Source: Akkermansiaceae bacterium (GTDB lineage Bacteria > Verrucomicrobiota > Verrucomicrobiia > Verrucomicrobiales > Akkermansiaceae). Taken from it: a DNA stretch of 64,000 nt. Position numbers and translations under genes: made by a program. The notes under the pieces were generated by a model, which was given only the letters and a program-made list of their open reading frames with translations, was not told the origin of the DNA and did not search any database. Position 1 is the first letter of the stretch. The number at the start of each line of letters is the position of its first letter. The stretch is from positions 11,029 to 75,028 of the forward strand of contig SUVL01000006.1 of NCBI GenBank assembly GCA_015062005.1, written 5' to 3'. This document shows, in pieces, positions 46,097-55,568 of the stretch.

Positions 46097-47749
46097 CTCC
46101 TGAACCGGTATTGTCGTTTCAGCTATTTGTCCGGTCTGCCAATTCAGCAGTATCAGATGAAGGGCTTTGCCTGATTTTGTCTCGTCCTTTATAATCAGGT
46201 AGACATGTTCATTCTGGTAATCCATGCCAAAGTTGGCATGCGAGCTGCCTCGCACAAGGTGCAGCAGTATGTGCCGATGCTTGTAGTCCCACGGATATCG
46301 CAGCTGCCTGGATTCCCCCTGATTCAATATGAGGGAGCTGGAGTAATCCCGGCCGTAGTGAAGAATCATGTGCCGGGGGAGCCGGACAATAATGAATTGG
46401 TTTTGGCGTATGGCTTGTATCGCATCATCCTTGTTATCGGCGAATGCTGTGGCGGCGTTGATTTCCCGGGAATAGATGTTGTAGCCGACAGAAAAGAGGG
46501 GAAGTTCGAATAACCTGGCTATGCTGTCAGTATTAAAATCCCTGTCCGGCACGCCGGGGAGAGAATTTCTCAGATGCCAGCTTGGAGTGTTTTCTTCTGT
46601 ATATTCATCTCTGATGATGACTCTTTCCTGCGCTGCCTTACGTATGGTATCAGAATATTGTTGGTAATCGGTGTATGCCCGTGTGCAGGAAATGCCTGCT
46701 GCGGCGAAAACTGCACACCAGGAAATGAAGGATAAAGCTTTTCCTTTGGTGCAGATGCCGGGTTGCAAGGTCGACAACGCAAAGAACATCATGGCGAGAG
46801 AGGGATAGAAATATGCTCCGCCCCAGTATCCCTTGGAGGCAAAAACGAGCCCAGGAAGGGAAAAGATGACGGCCATGAGCAGGTGGCTTGCTTTCCGGTA
46901 ATCCCAACTCCTTTGGCGGATAATGGCTGCGAGCGAAACAAGCAGGGGAATGGCGCAATTCAGGATGAAAATGCATATGCTGTATACAAGGTCAGAACAA
47001 AAAGTGGACAGGGAGGGGCTGGCTGCTCTCGTGTATAGTCCGGGCGAGGAGATTGGTATCAGGAGCCCTGCTGCCGTGCAGATGAAACAGAGTAGCGTAT
47101 CTCGCGACAGGTATTTCTCTTTTATTATCTGGATGGTGGCCAGACATCCGAAATACGCCAGGAGTGGCAGCCCCAGTGCTTCATGCATACCGCCGCATAG
47201 AAACGAGAGTATGCAGACCACGATGAGTTTGGCAACACCATGTGGATGTGCTTGCCTCTGTGTGAGGAAGAGTAGTAAGCTGAGGAACATGGCACCCCAG
47301 AAATAGTTGAAAGCCCCGGCTGACCAGAATAAAACCCGGTCAAGATGGGGAATAAGGAAAAGGATACCGAGCAGGGTGATGCCGAGATTCCGGACAGTAA
47401 TGGAGGAAAGAAAGAGCTTACATGTCGTGATGATAAAGACGCCGAAAACGAGGGTATGCAGAATGTCCAGCAGATGTTTGCTTCCGATATTGGTGAATAG
47501 CAGCATCAGAATGTTGCCGATTCTCCAGATGTGAACGTGGCCGAACCGCTTTAGCGATTCTATCCAGTCACCGACCGTGGTGATTCTGTTCACGGAAAAC
47601 AGATTTCCTGATTCCCGAAAATCGGGAGAGACGGAAAAGTGATACCATATGTCATCCCAGATGAAGGGTGTATGGGAGAATCTCACCCATATCAGCACAA
47701 GTATGATAAACAGGAGGAGACCGGTATATATTTTCTTTTTTGTCAGCAT
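46088..47749 (-). CDS. Polytopic membrane protein, GT-C-like (DUF6056-like) putative glycosyltransferase
   Basis: Start taken at MLTKKKIYTGLLLFIILVL. It has more than 10 TM helices, a WDDIWY acidic motif in the first loop and a soluble C-terminal domain. The gene is AT-rich. Confidence 0.5.
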   Translation of the reverse strand: MLTKKKIYTGLLLFIILVLIWVRFSHTPFIWDDIWYHFSVSPDFRESGNLFSVNRITTVGDWIESLKRFGHVHIWRIGNILMLLFTNIGSKHLLDILHTLVFGVFIITTCKLFLSSITVRNLGITLLGILFLIPHLDRVLFWSAGAFNYFWGAMFLSLLLFLTQRQAHPHGVAKLIVVCILSFLCGGMHEALGLPLLAYFGCLATIQIIKEKYLSRDTLLCFICTAAGLLIPISSPGLYTRAASPSLSTFCSDLVYSICIFILNCAIPLLVSLAAIIRQRSWDYRKASHLLMAVIFSLPGLVFASKGYWGGAYFYPSLAMMFFALSTLQPGICTKGKALSFISWCAVFAAAGISCTRAYTDYQQYSDTIRKAAQERVIIRDEYTEENTPSWHLRNSLPGVPDRDFNTDSIARLFELPLFSVGYNIYSREINAATAFADNKDDAIQAIRQNQFIIVRLPRHMILHYGRDYSSSLILNQGESRQLRYPWDYKHRHILLHLVRGSSHANFGMDYQNEHVYLIIKDETKSGKALHLILLNWQTGQIAETTIPVQESS

Positions 47750-47923
47750 GTGATGTAATTGTAGGCCGGTGCCAGCCGAGTTTATCATAACTGTTTCAGT
47801 GCATGCAACTCCAAAAGTACGTCTATTCCATAAACTTACATGAATCTGGTCTGAACAGGGGAGATGAAACGGCACGCTGACATATTACTTGATGAGTTGT
47901 GCTCCAGCGGGTATAATGCCTGC

Positions 47924-48874
47924 ATGAGTGAACAACTGGCCATAGCGGTGGATTTCGGGGGAACGAGTATCAAGATTGGCGTGACCCGCGGTGCTGAATT
48001 GGTGGATAAGGCAGAGCCTCTGCCCACACCGGAGTTTGACAGCCCGGCGGCCATCATGACCGCGATGAGCTCCTCCATGAAGGAACTGCAGCGCAAGTAT
48101 CCGCAGGTGGTGGCAGTGGGGCTGGGTATGCCCGGCTGGGTTGATTTTTACAGAGGCGTGCTCTACCAGCTCACCAATGTGCCGGTGTGGAATCACCAGG
48201 TTCCTGTGCGCGAGGTGATGGAACGCGAGCTTTCGCTCCCCGTGGTGCTGGATAATGATGCCAACTGCATGGGCTATGCTGAGTGGAAGCTGGGCGCCGG
48301 CCGGGGGCTCGGGAGCCTGCTCTGCCTGACCCTGGGCACGGGTATTGGCGGCTGCATTGTGGTGCATGACCGCATGCTTCGCGGCCGCAATGTTTCCTGC
48401 GCGGAGCTGGGCCAGACCAGCATTGATTTCAAGGGGCGCGTGGGCCCCTTCGGCAACCGCGGTGCGGTGGAGGAATATATTGGCCACAACGAGTTTACCG
48501 CTGATGCCGTGGCTCGTTATGCCGAGGCGGGCATCCGGAAGACGCTGGCCGATTGCTCACCCTACCAACTGGAACTTGCCGCCCGGGCAGGGGACCCCAT
48601 AGCCCGGCAGATGTACCACGATTTTTCAGAGAAACTGGGTTGCCTCATCATGAATATGATGTATGCCTTTGTGCCGGAGGCCTGTATCATAGGCGGTGGT
48701 GTGGCTAGGGCTGGCGATTTGCTCTTTGCCCCGCTGCGTGACTGTCTGAAAGAACAGCTTTTTCCGGTGCATTTTGATAACCTGCGTCTTCTGCCTGCCC
48801 GGTTCGGGGCAGATGCCGGCATCATCGGCGCTGGCCTCATGGCTGCGGATTACGCTGCCGGAATCCTGAAATAA
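47924..48874 (+). CDS. ROK family sugar kinase (Zn-binding Cys motif not evident)
   Basis: Has AVDFGGTSIKIG, DNDANC and LGTGIGGCIV. The usual CxCGxxGCxE motif is replaced by GPFGNRGAVEE. Confidence 0.7.
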   Translation: MSEQLAIAVDFGGTSIKIGVTRGAELVDKAEPLPTPEFDSPAAIMTAMSSSMKELQRKYPQVVAVGLGMPGWVDFYRGVLYQLTNVPVWNHQVPVREVMERELSLPVVLDNDANCMGYAEWKLGAGRGLGSLLCLTLGTGIGGCIVVHDRMLRGRNVSCAELGQTSIDFKGRVGPFGNRGAVEEYIGHNEFTADAVARYAEAGIRKTLADCSPYQLELAARAGDPIARQMYHDFSEKLGCLIMNMMYAFVPEACIIGGGVARAGDLLFAPLRDCLKEQLFPVHFDNLRLLPARFGADAGIIGAGLMAADYAAGILK

Positions 48875-48882
48875 GCGCTGGC

Positions 48883-49485
48883 TCACACCTCGTCCGCCAG
48901 ATAACTCTGAAGCAGGCGGTGGGCGTAGTGCAGGCGGGAACGCAGGGTGCCTTCGGAAATATTGGTGAGTCTGGCAATTTCCGGGTAGGAAAGCCCCTGG
49001 ATATCGCACAGGTTCACCACTTCCTGATGAGCCGGGGAGAGCTGGGCTATAGCCCGCGCCAGCTTGCCACGAAGGTCCTTCATCTGGGCTTTGCGGATGG
49101 GGTCTGCCTCCAGGTTGGTATCAGCCAGCTCAGCATCCTTTTCAAGAGGGTTGCCTTTTTCATCATCATCCACGCTGTAGCTGCGCTCGCGCTTGCGTTT
49201 GCGCATCAGGTTGCGGGCGTTGTTCAGGGCGATGGTGTAGAGCCAGGTATAGAAGGAGCTGTTCCCCTTGAAGTATCGCAGGGAATGAAAGGCTTTCAGA
49301 AAGGATTCCTGGGCCACATCGTAGGCATCGGCCTCGCTGTTGAGCATCTGCACCAGCATGGCATTGAGCTTGCGGCTGTGGCGGCGGATGAGTTCATCAT
49401 ACGCGCGCGTCTTGCCGGCCAGGGTGCTCTTGACGAGCTCCTCGTCCGGTTTATCGGCGTATGATTCTCTGGGGGCTTCTTTCAT
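48883..49485 (-). CDS. ECF-type RNA polymerase sigma factor
   Basis: Has region 2 (FYTWLYTIALN) and region 4 (LSYPEIARLTNISEGTLRSRL). No anti-sigma gene is adjacent. Confidence 0.85.
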   Translation of the reverse strand: MKEAPRESYADKPDEELVKSTLAGKTRAYDELIRRHSRKLNAMLVQMLNSEADAYDVAQESFLKAFHSLRYFKGNSSFYTWLYTIALNNARNLMRKRKRERSYSVDDDEKGNPLEKDAELADTNLEADPIRKAQMKDLRGKLARAIAQLSPAHQEVVNLCDIQGLSYPEIARLTNISEGTLRSRLHYAHRLLQSYLADEV

Positions 49486-49562
49486 GGCGGTAGGGCATAG
49501 GGTGGGTTGGGGTAGTTTGCACCGCGGGGATGAGTAATTCATCCCCGCGGGTGCAGAGAATC

Positions 49563-51461
49563 TTACAGCACGAACTCACCCACGATTCCGCGAGTCTTTT
49601 CGTACCATTCGATATAGGTCTTGTTGATGAGGGTGTAGCCACCGGGGGTCGGGTAATGACCGCTGAAGTACCAGTCTCCGCAGGGGGCTTCGATGGCATC
49701 GTGCAGACCTTCCAGTGTCTGGAAAATGCACTGAATCTCACAGGGGGAGTCTTCCGGTGTGACCATGCGGGAAATTTCCGCCGTAATCTCATCGGCCGTA
49801 AGGGCATTATAGATGCGGCGCACGGGGTTGGTGCGTTTCTCTGCCGGCTGGGTAAGCTGGTAGCGGCACTCGTTGTACACATCGGTGATGATGTTGGAGA
49901 GCCCCTTGCGGTGCAGCAGGTTGATGGCTGCAAGGAAGGCTACGAATTGCCCCATCTCGCACATGTCGATACCGTAGAAATCCGGATAGCGCACCTGGGG
50001 CGCGGATGAGACGATGACAATCTTGCGTGCCTTGGTGCGGGAAAGAAGGCTCAGCAGACTCATCTTGAGCGTGGTGCCACGCACGATGGAGTCATCGATG
50101 GCAACGAGCACTTCGTCTTTGCCCACAGCGCCGTAGGTCAGGTCATAAACCATAGAGGCCATCTGCTTGCGGCTGCTGGCTTCGGAGATGAAGGTGCGGA
50201 GCTTGATATCCTTGTGCGCAATCTTTTCTGCACGGGGCCAGCGGCGGAGGATGAGCTCGTTGATGAGTTCCTCGCTCATGGTGCCGTTGCGGAAGGCCTC
50301 CACCATGGCCTGGCTCACCTTGTTGCGGCGGTAGGAACGCAGCCCCTCCAGAAGACCGTAGTAGGAAACCTCAGCCGTGTTGGGAATGAATGTGATAGCC
50401 GCCTTGGAGAAGTCACTCTTGTCGAGGCTGGCCACTACTTTTTCCGTAAGGTTGGCACCCAGGGCCTTGCGCTCGCGGTAGATGACGGGGTCATTTCCGC
50501 GGGAGGTGTAGATATCCTCGAAACAGCACGGTGTAAACTTACCCGGAGTGGTGTATTCCTTGATGGTCACCTGGCCATCGGCCTTGACCAGCACCATATT
50601 GGCAGCGCCCAGTTCGTGTACTTCGTCTTCATCGACCTCCATCACGCTCATGAGCGGAGCCCGCTCACTGGCAATGGCCAGGTATTCATCCGTCAGGATG
50701 TAGTAGCAGTGGCGGATGCCGTGCGGGTCACGCAGACAGAAGAAGTCACCATTTCCTACGGCGCCCATGATGACGTAGCCGCCGTCCCAGTCCTTGCAGG
50801 CTTTTTCGATTACATCGAAAAGGTTGAGCTCCGCAGAAATAATCTGGGGAATCTCGCGGCCGTCCACATTCTTGTTGCGCAGTTCACGGTATTTATCGGT
50901 ATGCGCTTCATCGAGGTAGTACCCCACCTCTTCGAGAATGGCCTGCGTGTTGGTGTCGAAAACAGGGTGCTGGCCGCGTGCCATGAGCTTCTCGTGCAGT
51001 TCCTCCACGTTGGTCATGGAGAAATCGCCCTGGAGCATCAGGGTGCGCGTAGGCCAGTTGGAACGGCGCAGGAAGGGGTGGCAGTTGCCTTCTTCATATT
51101 GCACGCCACTGCTGCCGTAGAGCATGTGCCCCATGAGCACTTCGCCCCCGAAGTTGAAATTCTTCTTGAAGGAAATGGCATCAGCCCCATTGATGATGCC
51201 ATCTTCACGCATGTGGCGCAGATTGCGCTGCTGGGCCGTGAAGATGTCCGTGAGGGCAGAGCCCCCCACCGCACGGGAGCGGAAGATATAGGGCTCACCC
51301 AGAGGCATGTTCAGCTTGATGCTGCCGAACCCGGCGCCGTCCTGGCCGCGGTTGCGCTGCTTCTCCATGAGGAGGAACAGCTTGTTGAAAGCCCACTCCG
51401 GATTCCCGTACTTTTCCTCGAAGTAGGAAAGCGGCTTGAGCAGGCGGATTGCTGCGGACAT
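49563..51461 (-). CDS. purF: Amidophosphoribosyltransferase, long form
   Basis: 632 aa with RGQDGAG, the DDSIVRGTT PRPP loop and a C-terminal extension. No Cys occurs in the first ~130 residues. Confidence 0.85.
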   Translation of the reverse strand: MSAAIRLLKPLSYFEEKYGNPEWAFNKLFLLMEKQRNRGQDGAGFGSIKLNMPLGEPYIFRSRAVGGSALTDIFTAQQRNLRHMREDGIINGADAISFKKNFNFGGEVLMGHMLYGSSGVQYEEGNCHPFLRRSNWPTRTLMLQGDFSMTNVEELHEKLMARGQHPVFDTNTQAILEEVGYYLDEAHTDKYRELRNKNVDGREIPQIISAELNLFDVIEKACKDWDGGYVIMGAVGNGDFFCLRDPHGIRHCYYILTDEYLAIASERAPLMSVMEVDEDEVHELGAANMVLVKADGQVTIKEYTTPGKFTPCCFEDIYTSRGNDPVIYRERKALGANLTEKVVASLDKSDFSKAAITFIPNTAEVSYYGLLEGLRSYRRNKVSQAMVEAFRNGTMSEELINELILRRWPRAEKIAHKDIKLRTFISEASSRKQMASMVYDLTYGAVGKDEVLVAIDDSIVRGTTLKMSLLSLLSRTKARKIVIVSSAPQVRYPDFYGIDMCEMGQFVAFLAAINLLHRKGLSNIITDVYNECRYQLTQPAEKRTNPVRRIYNALTADEITAEISRMVTPEDSPCEIQCIFQTLEGLHDAIEAPCGDWYFSGHYPTPGGYTLINKTYIEWYEKTRGIVGEFVL

Positions 51462-51486
51462 ATAGAGGAGGGGGTGAGAGATTGAT

Positions 51487-52500
51487 TTACTTGCGGACGC
51501 TTACCTTGATGCCCTTGCCCTCGCGCATGGTGCCGATGACCGTGCCGCCGGGACCGGCTGTGAGAGCCTGCTCAACCTGGTCGGGGGAGACAATGGCTAC
51601 CCAGCCGATACCCATGTTGAAGGTGTGGAAGCGGTCTTCCGCATCCACGAACTGCAGCACCTTCTGGGCGGGTTCGTTGTCCCAGTAGGGGATTTCGAGG
51701 TCGGCACCCTTCTCACCGAGGAAGCGTTCCAGGTTCTCGGGCAGGCCGCCACCGGTGATGTGGGCGTAGGCCTTGGGGGTGATGCCAAGCTTGCGCATGT
51801 CGTACACCACATCGTGGTACAGGCGGGTGGGAGCCAGCAGTTCGCGCAGTTCATCCTTGGTGAGCAGGTCAGGGTTCTGGGCCAGCACGCGGCGCACCAG
51901 GCTCCAGCCGTTGGCGTGGAAACCATCGCTCGGGTAGCCGATGAGCACGTCGCCCACGGCTACCTGGGAGGGGTCAATCATTTCGCTCTTCTCCACGCAG
52001 CCGATGCTGAAACCGGCCAGCTCCACCAGTCCCTCAGGCACCACGCCGGGCATTTCGGCGGTCTCGCCACCGGCCAGGATGCAGTTGCAGCTTTCCAGGT
52101 AATCGCACATGCCGGCCACCAGGCGGGTGATGCGGGGGCGCTCCACTTCCAGGTTGGAGATGCCGAGGTAGTCCAGGAACATGACGGGGTCGCCACCGGT
52201 GGTGAGCAGGTCGTTCACATTCATGGCCACCAGGTCTTTGCCGGCGGTCTCGAGCATATCCATATCGAAGAGAATCTCCGTCTTGGTGCCCACGCCGTCC
52301 GTGCCGGTCACGATAACCGGCTCCTTGTAGGAGGAAAGGTCATAGGCTGCTGCGAAAAGACCGAATGCATTGCAGAGCTTGCGGTTTTTCTGCGTGCGCT
52401 TCACGTGCGCGCTGATATCGGAAACAAAAGACTGCGCCTCAATAGTGTCGACGCCGGACTGCTTGTATGTGAGATTGCCGGACATAATAGCTTGATGCAT
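51487..52500 (-). CDS. purM: Phosphoribosylformylglycinamidine cyclo-ligase (AIR synthetase)
   Basis: 337 aa with YKQSGVDT and DGVGTK. The start may be the second Met at 52485. Confidence 0.92.
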   Translation of the reverse strand: MHQAIMSGNLTYKQSGVDTIEAQSFVSDISAHVKRTQKNRKLCNAFGLFAAAYDLSSYKEPVIVTGTDGVGTKTEILFDMDMLETAGKDLVAMNVNDLLTTGGDPVMFLDYLGISNLEVERPRITRLVAGMCDYLESCNCILAGGETAEMPGVVPEGLVELAGFSIGCVEKSEMIDPSQVAVGDVLIGYPSDGFHANGWSLVRRVLAQNPDLLTKDELRELLAPTRLYHDVVYDMRKLGITPKAYAHITGGGLPENLERFLGEKGADLEIPYWDNEPAQKVLQFVDAEDRFHTFNMGIGWVAIVSPDQVEQALTAGPGGTVIGTMREGKGIKVSVRK

Positions 52501-52517
52501 CGCTCGGATGCGCGCGC

Positions 52518-52546
52518 ATTATACATGACAACGCCCGTTTTGGCAA
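52518..52546 (-). promoter_or_regulatory. Near-consensus sigma70 promoter TTGCCA-17-TATAAT for purM-purF
   Basis: The -35 is at 52546-52541 and the -10 at 52523-52518 on the minus strand. The -10 ends 17 nt before the first ATG. Confidence 0.65.
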
Positions 52547-52591
52547 GCCGATTCTGCCACCTTTTTCCAACTGATTTACACGGCGGAAGAA

Positions 52592-52630
52592 TAAAAAGCG
52601 CCCCGGGCCGGGAGAGCAGACCAGGGGCGG
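52592..52630 (-). terminator. Rho-independent terminator after the ABC transporter operon
   Basis: Stem ggggcg / cgcccc enclosing a GC-rich loop. On the minus strand it is followed by CTTTTTATTC. Confidence 0.6.
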
Positions 52631-52656
52631 AGTCAAATGCGAGAAGTGAGACGTAA

Positions 52657-53727
52657 TCAGCGGTTCTTGTGCTTCATGCGCAGGCGGTATTTCACGCGGT
52701 CTGCCTCGTGGTTGAACTCCACGCTGGAGCAGAGCTCGTTCAGCACACGGTTTGATTCCAGATCAACGGGCTCAGCGCCGATGGGCAGGAGCACTTCCAT
52801 GCTCATCTCCCGGGTCTGCTCAGAGTAGCGGAAGTAGAAGTCCAGCGTTCCTTTGTCCAGCGGCATGTGGCGGAACAGCGCGTTGCCGATGAGCTGGGCC
52901 TTGCGCATGCTTTCGCGGGTCAGGAAGTACTTGTTGCAGTAGGCCTGCCATTCGGATTTGAGCAGGAAGCGGTCGTAGTCCGGGCTGTGGAACTCGAAGT
53001 GGAAATCGCGGATGCGGTTCACGAAGACGCGGGTGCGTTCGCGCTTGGGATGCTCAAAAATCTCCTCCGGAGTGCCGATTTCATAGATGATACCTTCATC
53101 CATATAGACCACGCGGGTGCTCACATCGCGGGCGAAGTTCATTTCATGTGTCACAATGGCCATGGTCATTCCCTGGCGGGCCAGGGCGCGGATGACGGAG
53201 AGCACCTCGCTCACCATGGTGGGATCCAGCGCGGAGGTAGGTTCATCGAAGAGGATGATTTCGGGGTCCATGGAGAGGCAGCGGGCAATGGCTGCGCGCT
53301 GCTTCTGGCCGCCGGAAAGTTCATCGGGCATGGCATCTGCCTTTTCTGCCATGCCAACGAGTTTCAGCAGCTCCATGGCCTTGGCCTCGGCTTCCTTGCG
53401 GTTCTTGCCCAGCAGCTTCACGGGGCCGATGCACACGTTATCCAGCACGGAAAGGTGGTTGAACAGGTTGAAGGACTGGAAGACCATGCCCATCTTCTGT
53501 CGCAGTCTGGAGGCGTTGACCTTGCCGTTGAGCACTTCCTCACCATCGATGACGATGCTGCCGCCCGTGGGTTGCTCCAGGAGATTGAGGCAGCGCAGGA
53601 AAGTGCTCTTGCCGGTACCGGAGGGGCCGATGATGGAGATGACTTCGCCCTGCTTGATGTTCAGGTTCACATCACGCAGAACATCCAGATTATCGAAGCT
53701 CTTCTGAAGGTGTTTGATTTGAATCAT
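52657..53727 (-). CDS. Amino-acid ABC transporter ATP-binding protein with ~110-aa C-terminal extension
   Basis: Has Walker [10 protein letters not shown], signature [13 protein letters not shown] and Walker [12 protein letters not shown]. Confidence 0.9.
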   Translation of the reverse strand: MIQIKHLQKSFDNLDVLRDVNLNIKQGEVISIIGPSGTGKSTFLRCLNLLEQPTGGSIVIDGEEVLNGKVNASRLRQKMGMVFQSFNLFNHLSVLDNVCIGPVKLLGKNRKEAEAKAMELLKLVGMAEKADAMPDELSGGQKQRAAIARCLSMDPEIILFDEPTSALDPTMVSEVLSVIRALARQGMTMAIVTHEMNFARDVSTRVVYMDEGIIYEIGTPEEIFEHPKRERTRVFVNRIRDFHFEFHSPDYDRFLLKSEWQAYCNKYFLTRESMRKAQLIGNALFRHMPLDKGTLDFYFRYSEQTREMSMEVLLPIGAEPVDLESNRVLNELCSSVEFNHEADRVKYRLRMKHKNR

Positions 53728-53750
53728 CGTTTCAAAAGGTGGTGTGAACG

Positions 53751-55259
53751 TTAGCAGACTTTGCGGCCGATGCGGTCAAGGATATAGGTGAACAGCCAGG
53801 CGATGAGGAAGTACATGAGCGCCACCATGAGCAGAGGGAAGAAGGGGTCGAAGGTGCGTCCTCGGATAATGTAGGAGGCGCGCGTCAGGTCTGCCACGGC
53901 CACGTAACCCACGATGGAGGTGTTCTTGATAAGGGAAATCAGCTCGCCTTTGTACACCGGCAGCACTCGGCGCACGGCCTGCGGCAGCACGATGTAGCCG
54001 AAGGTGCGCACCGGGGAGAAGCCCAGCGCAATGCCGGCCTCGGTCTGGCCCTTGTCGATGCTGCTGATGGAGGTGCGGAACATTTCGCTCACGTAGGCCG
54101 CGAAGTTCATGGCAAAGGTGATGATGGCCACGGGCGTGTTGTCAAACTGGGTAAAGGCAACATAGCACATCATCATGAGCAGCACCAGCACGGGTGTGCC
54201 GCGCATCACATCGATGTATACCTTGGCAATATTGCGGAGCACTGCCACCTTGCTCATGCGCAGGTAGCAGATGAAGGCACCCAGAATGGTGCCCAGCAGC
54301 GCGGAGAAGAAGGAAATATGCACTGTCACCTTCAAACCATCCCACAGGAGCATGTAACGGCGCTCCTCGATGATATTGCGGTAGAAACTGCGCTTGATGC
54401 TGCCCCAGATACCCAGAATCTGTGGGCCTTCATTACCCGAGACGATGGAGGGATGGGCGTTCTTGGTGAGCACGGCCACGCGGGAGTGGCTGTCGTAATA
54501 CGGGTCGGAGAAGAGCACGCTTTCGGCCCGTTCATCGGTGATAAGGATGCCGGAGGCCGCCATATCTGCCTTGCCGGTGGTGGTGGAGGCGATGAGGGAG
54601 TCGTACTCCATCTCCACGATTTCCACCGGGCGGTTGATGTAAACGGAGAATCGCTGAATGAGCTCTGCATCGAAACCGGCTATCTTTTCATTCTTGATGA
54701 AGACGATGGGCTCGGTGCAGGGCTCCATGGCCACGCGGATGGGCTTGCCTTTGGTGGGCAGGGGAAGGTTCGGCATTTCTGCTGTATCGAAATGCTTGAT
54801 CCAGCGCTCCATGATGGGCTCCAGTTCACCCTTTTCCTTCAGCTGGCGGATGAAGGCATTGAACTGCTCGCAGAGCTCAGCATTGTGTTTGCCGAATACC
54901 ACGCCCATCTGGCAGGGTGGAACCGGGCTGTCCGGCAGGATGGTGACACCTTCCGTCTTACGCACCAGGGCGTAGCAGATAACGTCGTCCATGATGGCGC
55001 CATCGCATTTCTCCTGCTGCAGGGAGAGCATCATATCCGCCTCGGTGTCAAAGCGGTCGAGCTTGATGTCCGGGTAGTGCTCCTCTACATAAATGTCCTG
55101 CACAGTGGAGGAGGGAACGGCCAGCACCCGTCCGCGTAAATCCTCGAAACAGGCAATCTTGTCGCTGGCTTGCTGTGCGCTTTCAGCCGCGCTGGCCGGT
55201 ATCACACAGACGAAGAGAAAAGCAACCAGAGTTGCTGCAATATGAAAGCATTTGTTCAT
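53751..55259 (-). CDS. Fused substrate-binding / permease component of a polar amino-acid ABC transporter
   Basis: Start taken at [16 protein letters not shown]. The N-terminal part is a family-3 SBP-like domain. The C-terminal permease has the EAA-loop region. Confidence 0.85.
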   Translation of the reverse strand: MNKCFHIAATLVAFLFVCVIPASAAESAQQASDKIACFEDLRGRVLAVPSSTVQDIYVEEHYPDIKLDRFDTEADMMLSLQQEKCDGAIMDDVICYALVRKTEGVTILPDSPVPPCQMGVVFGKHNAELCEQFNAFIRQLKEKGELEPIMERWIKHFDTAEMPNLPLPTKGKPIRVAMEPCTEPIVFIKNEKIAGFDAELIQRFSVYINRPVEIVEMEYDSLIASTTTGKADMAASGILITDERAESVLFSDPYYDSHSRVAVLTKNAHPSIVSGNEGPQILGIWGSIKRSFYRNIIEERRYMLLWDGLKVTVHISFFSALLGTILGAFICYLRMSKVAVLRNIAKVYIDVMRGTPVLVLLMMMCYVAFTQFDNTPVAIITFAMNFAAYVSEMFRTSISSIDKGQTEAGIALGFSPVRTFGYIVLPQAVRRVLPVYKGELISLIKNTSIVGYVAVADLTRASYIIRGRTFDPFFPLLMVALMYFLIAWLFTYILDRIGRKVC

Positions 55260-55504
55260 GATGTAGCACCCGGGGTTGTGTTGCCCCGCGCGCGGATTGT
55301 AGCACACGCCAACGATATTGCAAGCTAAATGTTGGATAACGTGAAACTTATTGCAATTCCTACTCGTTAGGTATTATTCTGCATCCTATCGCAATATCCG
55401 GAAAAGGAAGTCACCCAGGGGCCGAAACCCCTGGGTGCCCAACTACCCTATGAATCGGACCCTTTCGAGCCCGGGAACCTTGTTTTACGTCCGGTCCCGA
55501 AGAC
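55260..55504 (-). promoter_or_regulatory. Long structured 5' leader of the ABC transporter operon (candidate cis-regulatory RNA, class unknown)
   Basis: The leader runs from the TSS predicted by the upstream promoter to the ATG at 55259. It contains a GAAA-capped hairpin (GGGCUC-GAAA-GGGUCC). It also has a 10-bp GC stem, CACCCAGGGG-UUUCGG-CCCCUGGGUG, followed by ACUUCCUUUUCC. A long-range 8-bp pairing GAUAUUGC/GCAAUAUC is also possible. Confidence 0.4.
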
Positions 55505-55510
55505 GTGGTC

Positions 55511-55539
55511 AGTATATCTGCTTTTGCGTATCGCGTCAA
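55511..55539 (-). promoter_or_regulatory. Sigma70-type promoter TTGACG-17-TATACT
   Basis: The -35 is at 55539-55534 and the -10 at 55516-55511 on the minus strand. Confidence 0.55.
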
Positions 55540-55568
55540 GAGCAAATCTAAAAATTATCTGATTTTTT

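Noticed and set aside
55440-55500. Guanidine or ykkC-type riboswitch in the ABC transporter leader (GGUUCC ... GGUCCGA; CCGGACG).
   Set aside because: The downstream conserved ACACGG..GGGA.AAAAGCCCGGGAGA segment of ykkC is not present. The pseudoknot pattern of guanidine-III is also missing. The resemblance covers a few short words only.
55380-55520. SRP (4.5S) RNA or RNase P RNA. The plus strand has UCCGGAAAAGGAAG, which resembles the SRP GGAA-loop region. The minus strand has GGGCUC..CAUAGGG, which resembles RNase P.
   Set aside because: The loop would be a hexaloop, the flanking conserved SRP bases (AGGUCAGGUCC, AGCAGCC) are absent, and the region is far too short for RNase P and lacks GGAAAGUCC. 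I treat it as a leader RNA of unknown class.
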